This document shows, piece after piece, positions 19,681 to 27,267 of a stretch of 32,000 nt of DNA (positions are counted from its first letter, which is position 1; each line of letters opens with the position of its first letter). This DNA is from Candidatus Saccharimonadota bacterium (GTDB lineage: Bacteria > Patescibacteriota > Saccharimonadia > Saccharimonadales > SZUA-47): contig JAGONL010000001.1 of the NCBI GenBank assembly GCA_017993025.1, positions 12,750 through 44,749 on the forward strand, in the 5' to 3' direction. The notes beneath the pieces were generated by a model that was given only the letters and a program-made list of their open reading frames with translations, was not told where the DNA came from and searched no databases. A program made the position numbers and the translations under genes.

Positions 19681-20316
19681 ATGAAACAATACTTAGCAAA
19701 ATTAACGCACATTAATCGCCTAATCTTAGTTTTAGCAGTACTGCTTGTCACTATGCTGTTTCTTGAGGTAAAAACTTCAGATTATGTTCCTGCACCAGTC
19801 GTTACCTACAGTACAGAAACGCCAGAAGAAAAACTACCCGTTGACGCAGGCTATTCCTGGAAGGGGCAAAAAAACGATCCAAAACGTATTGTCATATCAA
19901 AAATCGGTGTCGATTCGCTAGTGCAAAATGTCGGCGTAGACCAAAACCAACAAATAGCCGTTCCAAACAATATTCATATTGCAGGTTGGTTTATAGATTC
20001 TGTTCGCCCTGGGGAGAGTGGCCTTAGTATTATTGACGGTCACGTTAATGGCGTATCAAGTGATGAAGGTGTTTTCAAACGCTTAAATGAGCTAGCAGAA
20101 GGGGATACAGTGCAAATAATCATGGGTGACGATTCAGTTGTAGACTTCAAAGTTTACAGCAATCAGGAAATAGCCACCGCAGACAGTGCATCGGTGCTTT
20201 ACTCTCAGGTTCCAGAAATTGAAAACCAGTTAAACCTTATAACATGCACTGGCAATTTTGACCGCACAGTTCGTCAATATGACAAACGCCAAATTACAGT
20301 CCTCGAACGCGTGTAA
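19681..20316 (+). CDS. Sortase family transpeptidase
   Basis: N-terminal TM segment, GLSIIDGHVNG and catalytic LNLITCTG block; 12 nt after the surface protein; ATG 19681 preferred over TTG 19675. Confidence 0.88.
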   Translation: MKQYLAKLTHINRLILVLAVLLVTMLFLEVKTSDYVPAPVVTYSTETPEEKLPVDAGYSWKGQKNDPKRIVISKIGVDSLVQNVGVDQNQQIAVPNNIHIAGWFIDSVRPGESGLSIIDGHVNGVSSDEGVFKRLNELAEGDTVQIIMGDDSVVDFKVYSNQEIATADSASVLYSQVPEIENQLNLITCTGNFDRTVRQYDKRQITVLERV

Positions 20317-20340
20317 ATAAACAAGGTCCGTCAAAAACTC

Positions 20341-20398
20341 CTAAATTATGTAGCTGATACTGCCAGCAATTCTTCGGTTTTATTCTTGATGTTTTGCC
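20341..20398 (-). pseudogene. Fragment homologous to the 3' end of the 24454-24906 ORF
   Basis: Both minus-strand sequences contain aaaacatcaag(a/g)ataaaac...aagaattgctgg(c/a)agtat; a small indel shifts the frame after KTSRIK. Confidence 0.6.
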
Positions 20399-20463
20399 TG
20401 TAGCCCAACCACACCTTTGCAAACTTAATAGTACTATCAGAGCGATTTCATCGAAAACAAAAT

Positions 20464-21192
20464 CTAAAGATTTAAAAAATACCAAAAATAAACAAAAATC
20501 ACTGCACCAAACATACTACTAAAACGGTCCGAATAACCACCGTGCCCAGGTATTGACTGACCCCAGTCCTTGATTTTTAAACGTCGCTTAACATAACTAT
20601 TTAATAGGTCTCCGTATGCGGTGCCTAACCCCACAATTACTGCCACAAACAAACTAATTTTACTTACTTCAATAAAATACGCATTTACTAATACACCGCC
20701 CATGAATGCGCCAATTATTTGCCCAATAACACCCTCCCAACTTTTACGATTGTTGATAATTTTTGGAAGTTTATGTTTGCCTGCATAGTTACCCAAGAAA
20801 AACGCTGCAACGTCGGAGATGACAGATGCATATACAGTAAACAAAACTAATTCTTGCTGATTATTAGAGGGCAGGGATAAAACAAACAATGCTAGTGCGC
20901 CTACGCTCAGGTGAAAAAGCAAAAATATCCTGTATCTAATAAACCCACTTCGCCCACGAAGTATTTCAAACATACTATATAACAAAATAAACGACAGTAT
21001 TAATGCTCTAACTAGCTCAACAGTATTCATAAATAAGACAAAAGTACCCAAGATAGGCAACCACATGAGTATTTTAATAAATAGCGATGATTTCAGATAC
21101 AGTTTCCAGCTCTTATAGAACGGTCGGCAAGCAATCAAACCAAGAAGCACGATATTGAGGGAAACTAAAAATATTTGTTCATAATTTATCAT
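20464..21192 (-). CDS. cdsA: Phosphatidate cytidylyltransferase-like membrane protein
   Basis: Multiple TM segments; RKSWEGVIGQIIGA and YGDLLNSYVKRRLKIKDWGQSIPGHGGYSDRFSS signature. Confidence 0.9.
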   Translation of the reverse strand: MINYEQIFLVSLNIVLLGLIACRPFYKSWKLYLKSSLFIKILMWLPILGTFVLFMNTVELVRALILSFILLYSMFEILRGRSGFIRYRIFLLFHLSVGALALFVLSLPSNNQQELVLFTVYASVISDVAAFFLGNYAGKHKLPKIINNRKSWEGVIGQIIGAFMGGVLVNAYFIEVSKISLFVAVIVGLGTAYGDLLNSYVKRRLKIKDWGQSIPGHGGYSDRFSSMFGAVIFVYFWYFLNL

Positions 21193-21755
21193 ACGTGCTT
21201 TTCTCTTTTAGCGTGAATTTCCCGCAAATTATTTCTATGTGTCCATATTACAAACAATAGGTTCACAACTAAAAACCACTTAAACGGCGACGAAATTATA
21301 AATCCAATTAATACCAAACAGCCGATAGTTCCTAGCGACCTTAGCGCCGCATCTTTCAATAATTTCCGTAAGATTAAATATGCAACAAGCGCAACTCCGC
21401 CAAAAAGTATATTTAATCCAGTAGCAACACCTATAGAAGTAGCTATCGCTTTTCCACCTTTAAAACCTAACCATACAGGGAACACATGTCCAATTATTGC
21501 TGCCGCACCTACCAAACTTAGCGTTGTGCTATTAAGGTCATTCGACCGCGCTAAAACGACCGGCAACAAACCCTTCGCAATATCGCCCACCAGCACAGGC
21601 AACGCGTACTTTAGCCCCATAACTCGCTCTACATTAGCAAAACCTATATTACCGCTACCGACCTTCTGAATATCAACACCCCGCATCCCAGCAATAATCT
21701 TGGCAAACGGAATTGACCCTGAAATGTACGCAATTACTACAAAAATATACTCCAT
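21189..21755 (-). CDS. plsY: Acyl-phosphate glycerol-3-phosphate acyltransferase PlsY
   Basis: GSGNIGFANVERVMG, GHVFPVWLGFKGGKAIATSIGV motifs; overlaps cdsA by 4 nt. Confidence 0.93.
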   Translation of the reverse strand: MEYIFVVIAYISGSIPFAKIIAGMRGVDIQKVGSGNIGFANVERVMGLKYALPVLVGDIAKGLLPVVLARSNDLNSTTLSLVGAAAIIGHVFPVWLGFKGGKAIATSIGVATGLNILFGGVALVAYLILRKLLKDAALRSLGTIGCLVLIGFIISSPFKWFLVVNLLFVIWTHRNNLREIHAKREKHV

Positions 21756-21795
21756 GCTATAATCCTACTAAAACTTAAGCTAAAAGGAAATTTAT

Positions 21796-22455
21796 ATGCT
21801 GGGGTCAATCGCTTTTTCTATAACCGGAATCATTGTTTTGCTTTTTGCAAGCACTATTAAAAGATTACTCACTAAAAAAAGATCTACGTTTATTGTAATG
21901 GCCTACACACTCCTAGCCTTAGTATTTATATCATATGGAATAGGTGCCGGATACAACGACGGCTCAAATCTAGCATTCTATACACTGATCGGAAATCTAC
22001 TTCTAGCTTCCGCTACAGTACTAATGGTTACCTACAAAACCAAGCTAAGTCTATTAGTCAGCATGACAGCTGGTTTATTTATTGGGCTATTTGCACTGCT
22101 AATACGTCGCACATACTTCTATCCAGAACCAACAATTACTGGAGACGGGGTGGTCATATTTAATACCCAGTTAACTGTTGCTGTTTTTATTGCTGCATTA
22201 TTCCTTCTTTTTTGGCTACCCATGAATCTAGCAATAGCTAAAGAAATTTCGGAAAAAATAAAAATGTCCGAAGCAAAACTAATCTACAGTGGACTGTTTA
22301 CTATGATGGTGTGTTCGGCAATCCTTTTTATGTCTGCTAAAACTTCTACAGGTGTAATTCTGACTTTCACGATAATTGCAGCATCTTTTCTAACAGTTAG
22401 TGCTCTAAACGTTGTCGCATACGGAATTTACAAAAGGAGCAGTCATGGAAAATAA
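21796..22455 (+). CDS. Hypothetical multi-pass membrane protein
   Basis: 219-aa ORF with several hydrophobic segments; AAAGGA SD. Confidence 0.8.
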   Translation: MLGSIAFSITGIIVLLFASTIKRLLTKKRSTFIVMAYTLLALVFISYGIGAGYNDGSNLAFYTLIGNLLLASATVLMVTYKTKLSLLVSMTAGLFIGLFALLIRRTYFYPEPTITGDGVVIFNTQLTVAVFIAALFLLFWLPMNLAIAKEISEKIKMSEAKLIYSGLFTMMVCSAILFMSAKTSTGVILTFTIIAASFLTVSALNVVAYGIYKRSSHGK

Positions 22456-22849
22456 CAATCAGCCTCAGGATAAAATAGTAGTAGGCGGGGTAGAATACGT
22501 CAAAACAGATACATTATCACCACCGAACGCATCATACACCGAGCCTCTAGACTTCAAAGAAAAAACCAATGCTAAAGACAAAATGTGGCTAACTTTAGTT
22601 TTATTAGTCGTATTATCATTTGTAATTCCCGGTTTAGGCATTATATCCATACCCGCTATCGCTTACTTTGCATCACATGGATCCAAAAAGATGGAAAAAA
22701 ACGACATTGAAATCTACGGTAAACGTACGGCCAGTTCGAAATTATTCAAATTAATTGGCTGGATAGCAATGTCGATTATTATGGGGGTTGTTGGTATTAT
22801 TATTCTAATAATCATATTGTTTTCTTCTAGTGACTTCAAAATAGGCTAG
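22445..22849 (+). CDS. Hypothetical membrane protein with two TM segments
   Basis: AAAGGAG SD before ATG 22445; MENNNQPQDKIVVGGVEYVKTD then two hydrophobic segments. Confidence 0.75.
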   Translation: MENNNQPQDKIVVGGVEYVKTDTLSPPNASYTEPLDFKEKTNAKDKMWLTLVLLVVLSFVIPGLGIISIPAIAYFASHGSKKMEKNDIEIYGKRTASSKLFKLIGWIAMSIIMGVVGIIILIIILFSSSDFKIG

Positions 22850-22854
22850 CAACC

Positions 22855-23565
22855 ATGCTCCCAAACGTCTTTGTCTATTTACTCAACACTCTTATTATTC
22901 AGCTCAGCATTATTGCTTTCTGTCTACCGTTTTTTGTTATTTATATGCGCTCTTCAAAGCACGCTACGGGACATAATATAAGCTGGCATATTCAAAATTT
23001 CTTTTCAAGCAAACAGGCCAACGCACTAATTTTCTGCTGGGCACTTGCAGAAGCCTTTATCTGGTTTGTTATACCAGAATTTTTACTGCTACTTATGGTT
23101 TTTATGCGGGTACGCCGCAAACGCCAGCTATTAACTTATGACATCCTCGGCACAGTCGCTGGTACAATATTGGCACTTAATCTTAATCTTTCAGATTCCG
23201 CCATTGAATCTCTTCCATACGTACAACAAAACATGATTACCCAGGCACATGTGTGGTTCACAAATATAGATGTTTGGGCATTACTGCACCAACCATTTTC
23301 TGGTGTGCCGTTTAAAGTTTTCAACCATGTCGCTCTTGATCATGACGTAAACATTTTCTTATACATCCTTCTTGCTGTTGTAGTTAGGGTAAGCCGTTAT
23401 GCACTATTTTACTTCTTATTAAAAGGTATCTATAGACATATACATAAATTTGTCTATAAAAACTATACGGCATTATTCATCATAGCTACAGCCATATTCG
23501 CAGTACTTCTATACGATGTATACCAAAGTTTCGGACCTGACTACGTTATAAGAACCGGCCTCTGA
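22855..23565 (+). CDS. Hypothetical membrane protein
   Basis: 236-aa ORF with several hydrophobic segments. Confidence 0.75.
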   Translation: MLPNVFVYLLNTLIIQLSIIAFCLPFFVIYMRSSKHATGHNISWHIQNFFSSKQANALIFCWALAEAFIWFVIPEFLLLLMVFMRVRRKRQLLTYDILGTVAGTILALNLNLSDSAIESLPYVQQNMITQAHVWFTNIDVWALLHQPFSGVPFKVFNHVALDHDVNIFLYILLAVVVRVSRYALFYFLLKGIYRHIHKFVYKNYTALFIIATAIFAVLLYDVYQSFGPDYVIRTGL

Positions 23566-23588
23566 AATACTGATTAGTTCTGTTCAAA

Positions 23589-23616
23589 TATCAATTATCA
23601 GATATCAAGTATCAAT
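23589..23616 (+). promoter_or_regulatory. Four tandem heptamers (candidate operator)
   Basis: TATCAAT-TATCAGA-TATCAAG-TATCAAT with exact 7-bp period upstream of the zeta-like gene. Confidence 0.5.
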
Positions 23617-23683
23617 TCCTACTTATAAAACCGAACGTCGGTCATAAAAACAAAGCACGAAATACAGGTGTTATACTTTTTAT

Positions 23684-24307
23684 ATGATTATAGAAATTGA
23701 CGCATTCAAAAAACAGTTAGCTGGCTACGACCCCAAACATAGCGAAAAATTTCATGAAGAAAGTGCTAAACTCGCAGATAAAGTTTTTCATACAGAGCTT
23801 AAGTCCGGCAAATACACAGAAGTTGTCTTTCTAGCCGGTGGTGCTGCGAGTGGAAAAACCGAATTTGCGTCAATATTTCTGCAACAAGAAAAAATACTAG
23901 TTTACGACGGCACTATGCAGAATGTAGCTGGCTTTGAGATTAAACTTAAGAAAATTATTAAACACATTCCAATATCTAAAGTTAGGGTTATATTAATTAT
24001 CCCTGAAGATATGCGCGTAGCTTATAAGGTATTTCTAGGGCGTGAGCGTAAAATGAGCGATGATACTTTTGTTCGGACACAGGTTAAATCAAAATTAAGC
24101 GTTCTTAATATACTAAAAAATCACCCTGAAGTTGATGTACAAATATTTATGAACTTCATTAATGAATCATCTCAAGCTTCAAGTATTTTCAAAAAAGTAG
24201 ATTCTAAGTATATTGTGCCATTCCTGAATAAGACTTTAGAAGACTTAGAGAAGACCTTACCCAATATTATAAAAAATGTTATTATAGATAATAAGGAAAA
24301 TATATAA
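23684..24307 (+). CDS. Zeta-toxin-like P-loop kinase
   Basis: VVFLAGGAASGKTEFAS Walker A, YDGTMQNV segment; TATACT(23672-23677)-6 nt-ATG. Confidence 0.75.
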   Translation: MIIEIDAFKKQLAGYDPKHSEKFHEESAKLADKVFHTELKSGKYTEVVFLAGGAASGKTEFASIFLQQEKILVYDGTMQNVAGFEIKLKKIIKHIPISKVRVILIIPEDMRVAYKVFLGRERKMSDDTFVRTQVKSKLSVLNILKNHPEVDVQIFMNFINESSQASSIFKKVDSKYIVPFLNKTLEDLEKTLPNIIKNVIIDNKENI

Positions 24308-24457
24308 ATGAGCACATCAGAAATATTGAAATCAGTTGGCGGAACCCTAAAGCCCATGCCTAATGCCAAGATAACCAAAGAGGTTAGGGAATACCGGGCT
24401 GCATTTAAGCGTGGTGAAAAAATCCTAGCAGACCGCCAAAAGAAACAATCGCTTTAA
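24308..24457 (+). CDS. Small 49-aa ORF, candidate partner of the zeta-like protein
   Basis: Translated by hand: MSTSEILKSVGGTLKPMPNAKITKEVREYRAAFKRGEKILADRQKKQSL; ATG immediately follows the zeta stop codon. Confidence 0.6.
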   Translation: MSTSEILKSVGGTLKPMPNAKITKEVREYRAAFKRGEKILADRQKKQSL

Positions 24458-24906
24458 ACTATATACCCTATACTTCCAGCAATTCTTCTACGTTTTATCC
24501 TTGATGTTTTAGCTTGTTCAATTTCAAAATCACTAACAACTTCATCAATCCACGAACGCGGGCCACGCCGTTGTTGTCTAGAAACACTATGACCAATAGA
24601 TAGACTTCGTAGTCCTGTCCACATTGAACCGAAAACAACGGTGGCTTGTTCTGTCGCGGTGGCAATAAGATAATCACTGCCCACATCTCTATATGGACCG
24701 TGCTCAAGTACTGCAACTACTTCTTGGTCTGCAAGGGCTAATTGAGTATATAAATCGCCCAAAGTATAGATTCTAGGGTAAGTTTGACGTCTAAAGCTTG
24801 TTTGATTAATATTATAATCTCCGTCATAACCAGTTTGTTTATTTACAAAGTTGGCGCCTACAAAAGCTATTGGATTTGACCCATCTAGTCCAAGTAATTG
24901 ATTCAT
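24454..24906 (-). CDS. Hypothetical protein
   Basis: ORF track starts at 24993, but the first 29 codons include the 43-bp structured repeat; internal ATG at 24906 (MNQLLGLDGSNPIAFVG) is the more likely start. Confidence 0.65.
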   Translation of the reverse strand: MNQLLGLDGSNPIAFVGANFVNKQTGYDGDYNINQTSFRRQTYPRIYTLGDLYTQLALADQEVVAVLEHGPYRDVGSDYLIATATEQATVVFGSMWTGLRSLSIGHSVSRQQRRGPRSWIDEVVSDFEIEQAKTSRIKRRRIAGSIGYIV

Positions 24907-24961
24907 AGATTTAAGTATATTGGTTGAGCACGTGCAGGTGCAAGCATAAGGGTAAAGAGAA

Positions 24962-25004
24962 TAGCCAAACCACCCCTTGAAATACTGATTCATGACAATC
25001 AGCC
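24962..25004 (-). repeat. 43-bp inverted repeat, left copy
   Basis: Exact reverse complement of 27464-27506. Confidence 0.93.
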
Positions 25005-25320
25005 CGCAGTAGCCCCTGTAGCCAAACTAGCCCCTGTAATACTGATTCAAGACAATCATCCATCCTTTTATTTGTAGCTAGGTCAGCCTCTGCAAACTCT
25101 TAAAGACAATCAGAGCCTGGTCGAGTAAAGCCCTGAGCTAAGTCAAAAGTACTCAGTTATTAAACTCACTTTTGACCGCTTGCGTCCTCAGGGCGCGACT
25201 AGTCTCTGGTTAGTTTGTCTTTAAAGATGTTTCTGCAGACAGGCTGCGGGGCGTTTTGCATACTTTTGCACCTGTAGGGAAAAGTATGACTGGGTCTAAG
25301 GGCAGGTAACGCCCTTTGAT
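24962..25320 (-). ncRNA. Candidate structured element, left copy (L)
   Basis: Minus-strand order: AAGGGC/GCCCTT hairpin, CATACTTTT/AAAAGTATG hairpin with 12-nt loop ccctacaggtgc, GCCCCGCA, 160-nt rod (25085-25245), repeated tails ending in the 43-bp repeat. Confidence 0.65.
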
Positions 25321-25352
25321 TGCGCTTATAGTCGCTTACTAAATTATTTTAT

Positions 25353-26081
25353 TTAAAAAAACCGTCTATTCCAAGAATTTCCCGTCGCCTGCAATCGCCC
25401 ACCATGCACCAGCTTTTGCAAATACCCAGACGTTAGTTTTTCAGACAACCCAACACTTTTAGCTATTTCATGTACAGATATTTGTGGTTTGCCTCTCACA
25501 ATTTTCTCTATTTCACTCATCCGCTCATTCATCCGCGCAGTGCGGCTTCTGTTTGCCTGTGCCTGCGCCGTACCTATATGCTCTCTAGCCCAAAGTAGCC
25601 TTGCTGCGTTTATTTCCTCCGCCGTTAGTTCTAATACTTTTTGCGGAATATCCTTAAGGTACTTTGGGTCATGCACCGCCGGCACTACTACTGGTGTCGT
25701 TGGTGGGATTTCCACCACAGGTAGTGTACTTTCAACCTTCGATTCCGAACCCGCATCATCTTCTACCTTCGTACTTCTATCTTCGGTCTTATCAACTGGC
25801 TCGTCTTTTACTGGGGGCTTTGGAGGTTCGGGAGCTGGTACAGGTTCTTCTACTATTGGTTCTGGCGTGGGCTGTGGTGGTTCGATAGTTGGTTGCGGTA
25901 CTATTTCAGGTTCTGGGGTCGGTGCAGGGGTTGGGGTTGGGGGTGGCTCAGGAGCGGGGTCAACCGGCGGCGGAGGTGTCTCTTCGACTACAGGTTCTTC
26001 GACTTTCGACTCCGATCCCGCCGACTCTTCAACCTTAGACTCTGTGACTTTCGACTCTGTTGCTACCGGCTCGTCTTGCAT
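25353..26081 (-). CDS. Pro/Glu-rich protein with C-terminal winged-helix-like domain
   Basis: Low-complexity ESKVEE/PEPPPTPTP N-terminal half; C-terminal KPQISVHEIAKSVGLSEKLTSGYLQKLVHGGRL; ATTATA (TATAAT on the minus strand) 6 nt upstream of ATG. Confidence 0.8.
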   Translation of the reverse strand: MQDEPVATESKVTESKVEESAGSESKVEEPVVEETPPPPVDPAPEPPPTPTPAPTPEPEIVPQPTIEPPQPTPEPIVEEPVPAPEPPKPPVKDEPVDKTEDRSTKVEDDAGSESKVESTLPVVEIPPTTPVVVPAVHDPKYLKDIPQKVLELTAEEINAARLLWAREHIGTAQAQANRSRTARMNERMSEIEKIVRGKPQISVHEIAKSVGLSEKLTSGYLQKLVHGGRLQATGNSWNRRFF

Positions 26082-26139
26082 AAGCGTATTATATATTATT
26101 TTTGAAATCCAGATTTAGAAAATTTAAATGTTCAAAAAA

Positions 26140-26207
26140 CGTGAATTTGAAGTACTTTTGCATTATATTCACGGTATATTGACATTTTAGCGTGAATTTA
26201 TTATACT
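26140..26207 (+). promoter_or_regulatory. Fic gene promoter with CGTGAAT motifs
   Basis: TTGACA(26179-26184)-17-TATACT(26202-26207)-6 nt-ATG; CGTGAAT at 26140 and 26191, inverted ATTCACG at 26167. Confidence 0.75.
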
Positions 26208-26213
26208 TAAGCT

Positions 26214-27092
26214 ATGATAAACAATAATGACCAGGCGCACATCAAAGCACTCAAAAAAGAATATGAGTCACTTATTGATGGGAAAGAATCCTTATTAAAA
26301 ATACTTAAAGAGACTGAGTTACCCGAGCTTGTTTATAACTCAAATGCCATAGAGAATTCTACACTCACACTCAAAGAAACCGAAAAAATCCTGCTTGAAC
26401 AAGAGGTAATGCGCGACGTATCAGTTCGAGAACTTTTTGAGGCAAAGAATCTTGCTCGTGTACTAGATTATTTGGAATCAAAACCTAAACTAGAACTTTC
26501 TGCAGAGAATATACTTCTACTGCATAAAATGCTAATTGGTGGTATTGACGACGCTATAGCAGGTAGACTCAGAAAAGAGCATGAGTATGTTAGGGTAGGA
26601 AATCATATCGCTCCAGCACCAGAACATGTAGAGCAACTTTTAAACAATCTAATCGATAATTTTAATAGTAACCACGATTTATACTACTTGGATAATATTG
26701 CATATTTTCATGTTGAGTTCGAACGAATTCATCCTTTCTGTGACGGTAACGGGCGTATAGGTAGAGTTCTTATAAATTTACAGTTAGCATCCTTAGGATA
26801 TCCTCCATTAATAATCCGCAATAAGGGCAAACACAGTAATTATTATCCAGTATTTCAAGAATATACAGACAGGGGTGTTTACAGCGGTATGTCTGATCTG
26901 CTGGTACTAGCACTTTCTGAGTCATTACATAAGAGATTGGCGTACATGAAAGGGCTAAATATTATTACTTTGTCAGAATTTTCTAAGCAGAATAATCTTG
27001 CATTAAATGGGCAGTTAAACTCCGCTAAACGGCAGACAATACCGGCATTCAGAGAAAAAGGTGTCTGGAAAATTGGTATCACTCTAACATAA
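26214..27092 (+). CDS. Fic-domain protein
   Basis: IHPFCDGNGRIGRVL Fic motif; N-terminal SNAIEN matches the (S/T)xxxE(G/N) inhibitory motif. Confidence 0.94.
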   Translation: MINNNDQAHIKALKKEYESLIDGKESLLKILKETELPELVYNSNAIENSTLTLKETEKILLEQEVMRDVSVRELFEAKNLARVLDYLESKPKLELSAENILLLHKMLIGGIDDAIAGRLRKEHEYVRVGNHIAPAPEHVEQLLNNLIDNFNSNHDLYYLDNIAYFHVEFERIHPFCDGNGRIGRVLINLQLASLGYPPLIIRNKGKHSNYYPVFQEYTDRGVYSGMSDLLVLALSESLHKRLAYMKGLNIITLSEFSKQNNLALNGQLNSAKRQTIPAFREKGVWKIGITLT

Positions 27093-27197
27093 AAAAATGG
27101 TCAATAAAATTTAAAGAACCTGACTTGTGTAATCCAACACTGCCGAGGTCCTTATGAGGCTATTATATCTGAGGATATAGGTAATTTCAAGATGGCG

Positions 27198-27217
27198 AAA
27201 AGGACTGCTGTCCTTTT
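27198..27217. terminator. Perfect hairpin downstream of fic
   Basis: AAAAGGAC-tgct-GTCCTTTT. Confidence 0.55.
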
Positions 27218-27267
27218 AATCCTGCTTTAATACAATTTATTTTTTTAGATATTTTGGTTGTTTGGTT

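Noticed and set aside
20294-20485. 63-aa minus-strand ORF
   Set aside because: Overlaps cdsA 3' end and sortase 3' end; better explained as a decayed fragment related to the 24454 ORF
24907-24993. N-terminal 29 codons of the 24454-24993 ORF as a real protein N-terminus
   Set aside because: They include the exact 43-bp repeat shared with a non-coding site before radC; an internal ATG is preferred, though a fused product cannot be excluded
25085-25320. RNase P RNA, tmRNA or 6S RNA
   Set aside because: No conserved RNase P core, no tmRNA-type tRNA ends or tag ORF; only the rod shape is 6S-like, which is too weak to name it
25489-26118. 209-aa plus-strand ORF rich in Gly/Ser antisense to the Pro/Glu-rich gene
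   Set aside because: Shadow ORF created by the biased composition of the minus-strand coding sequence
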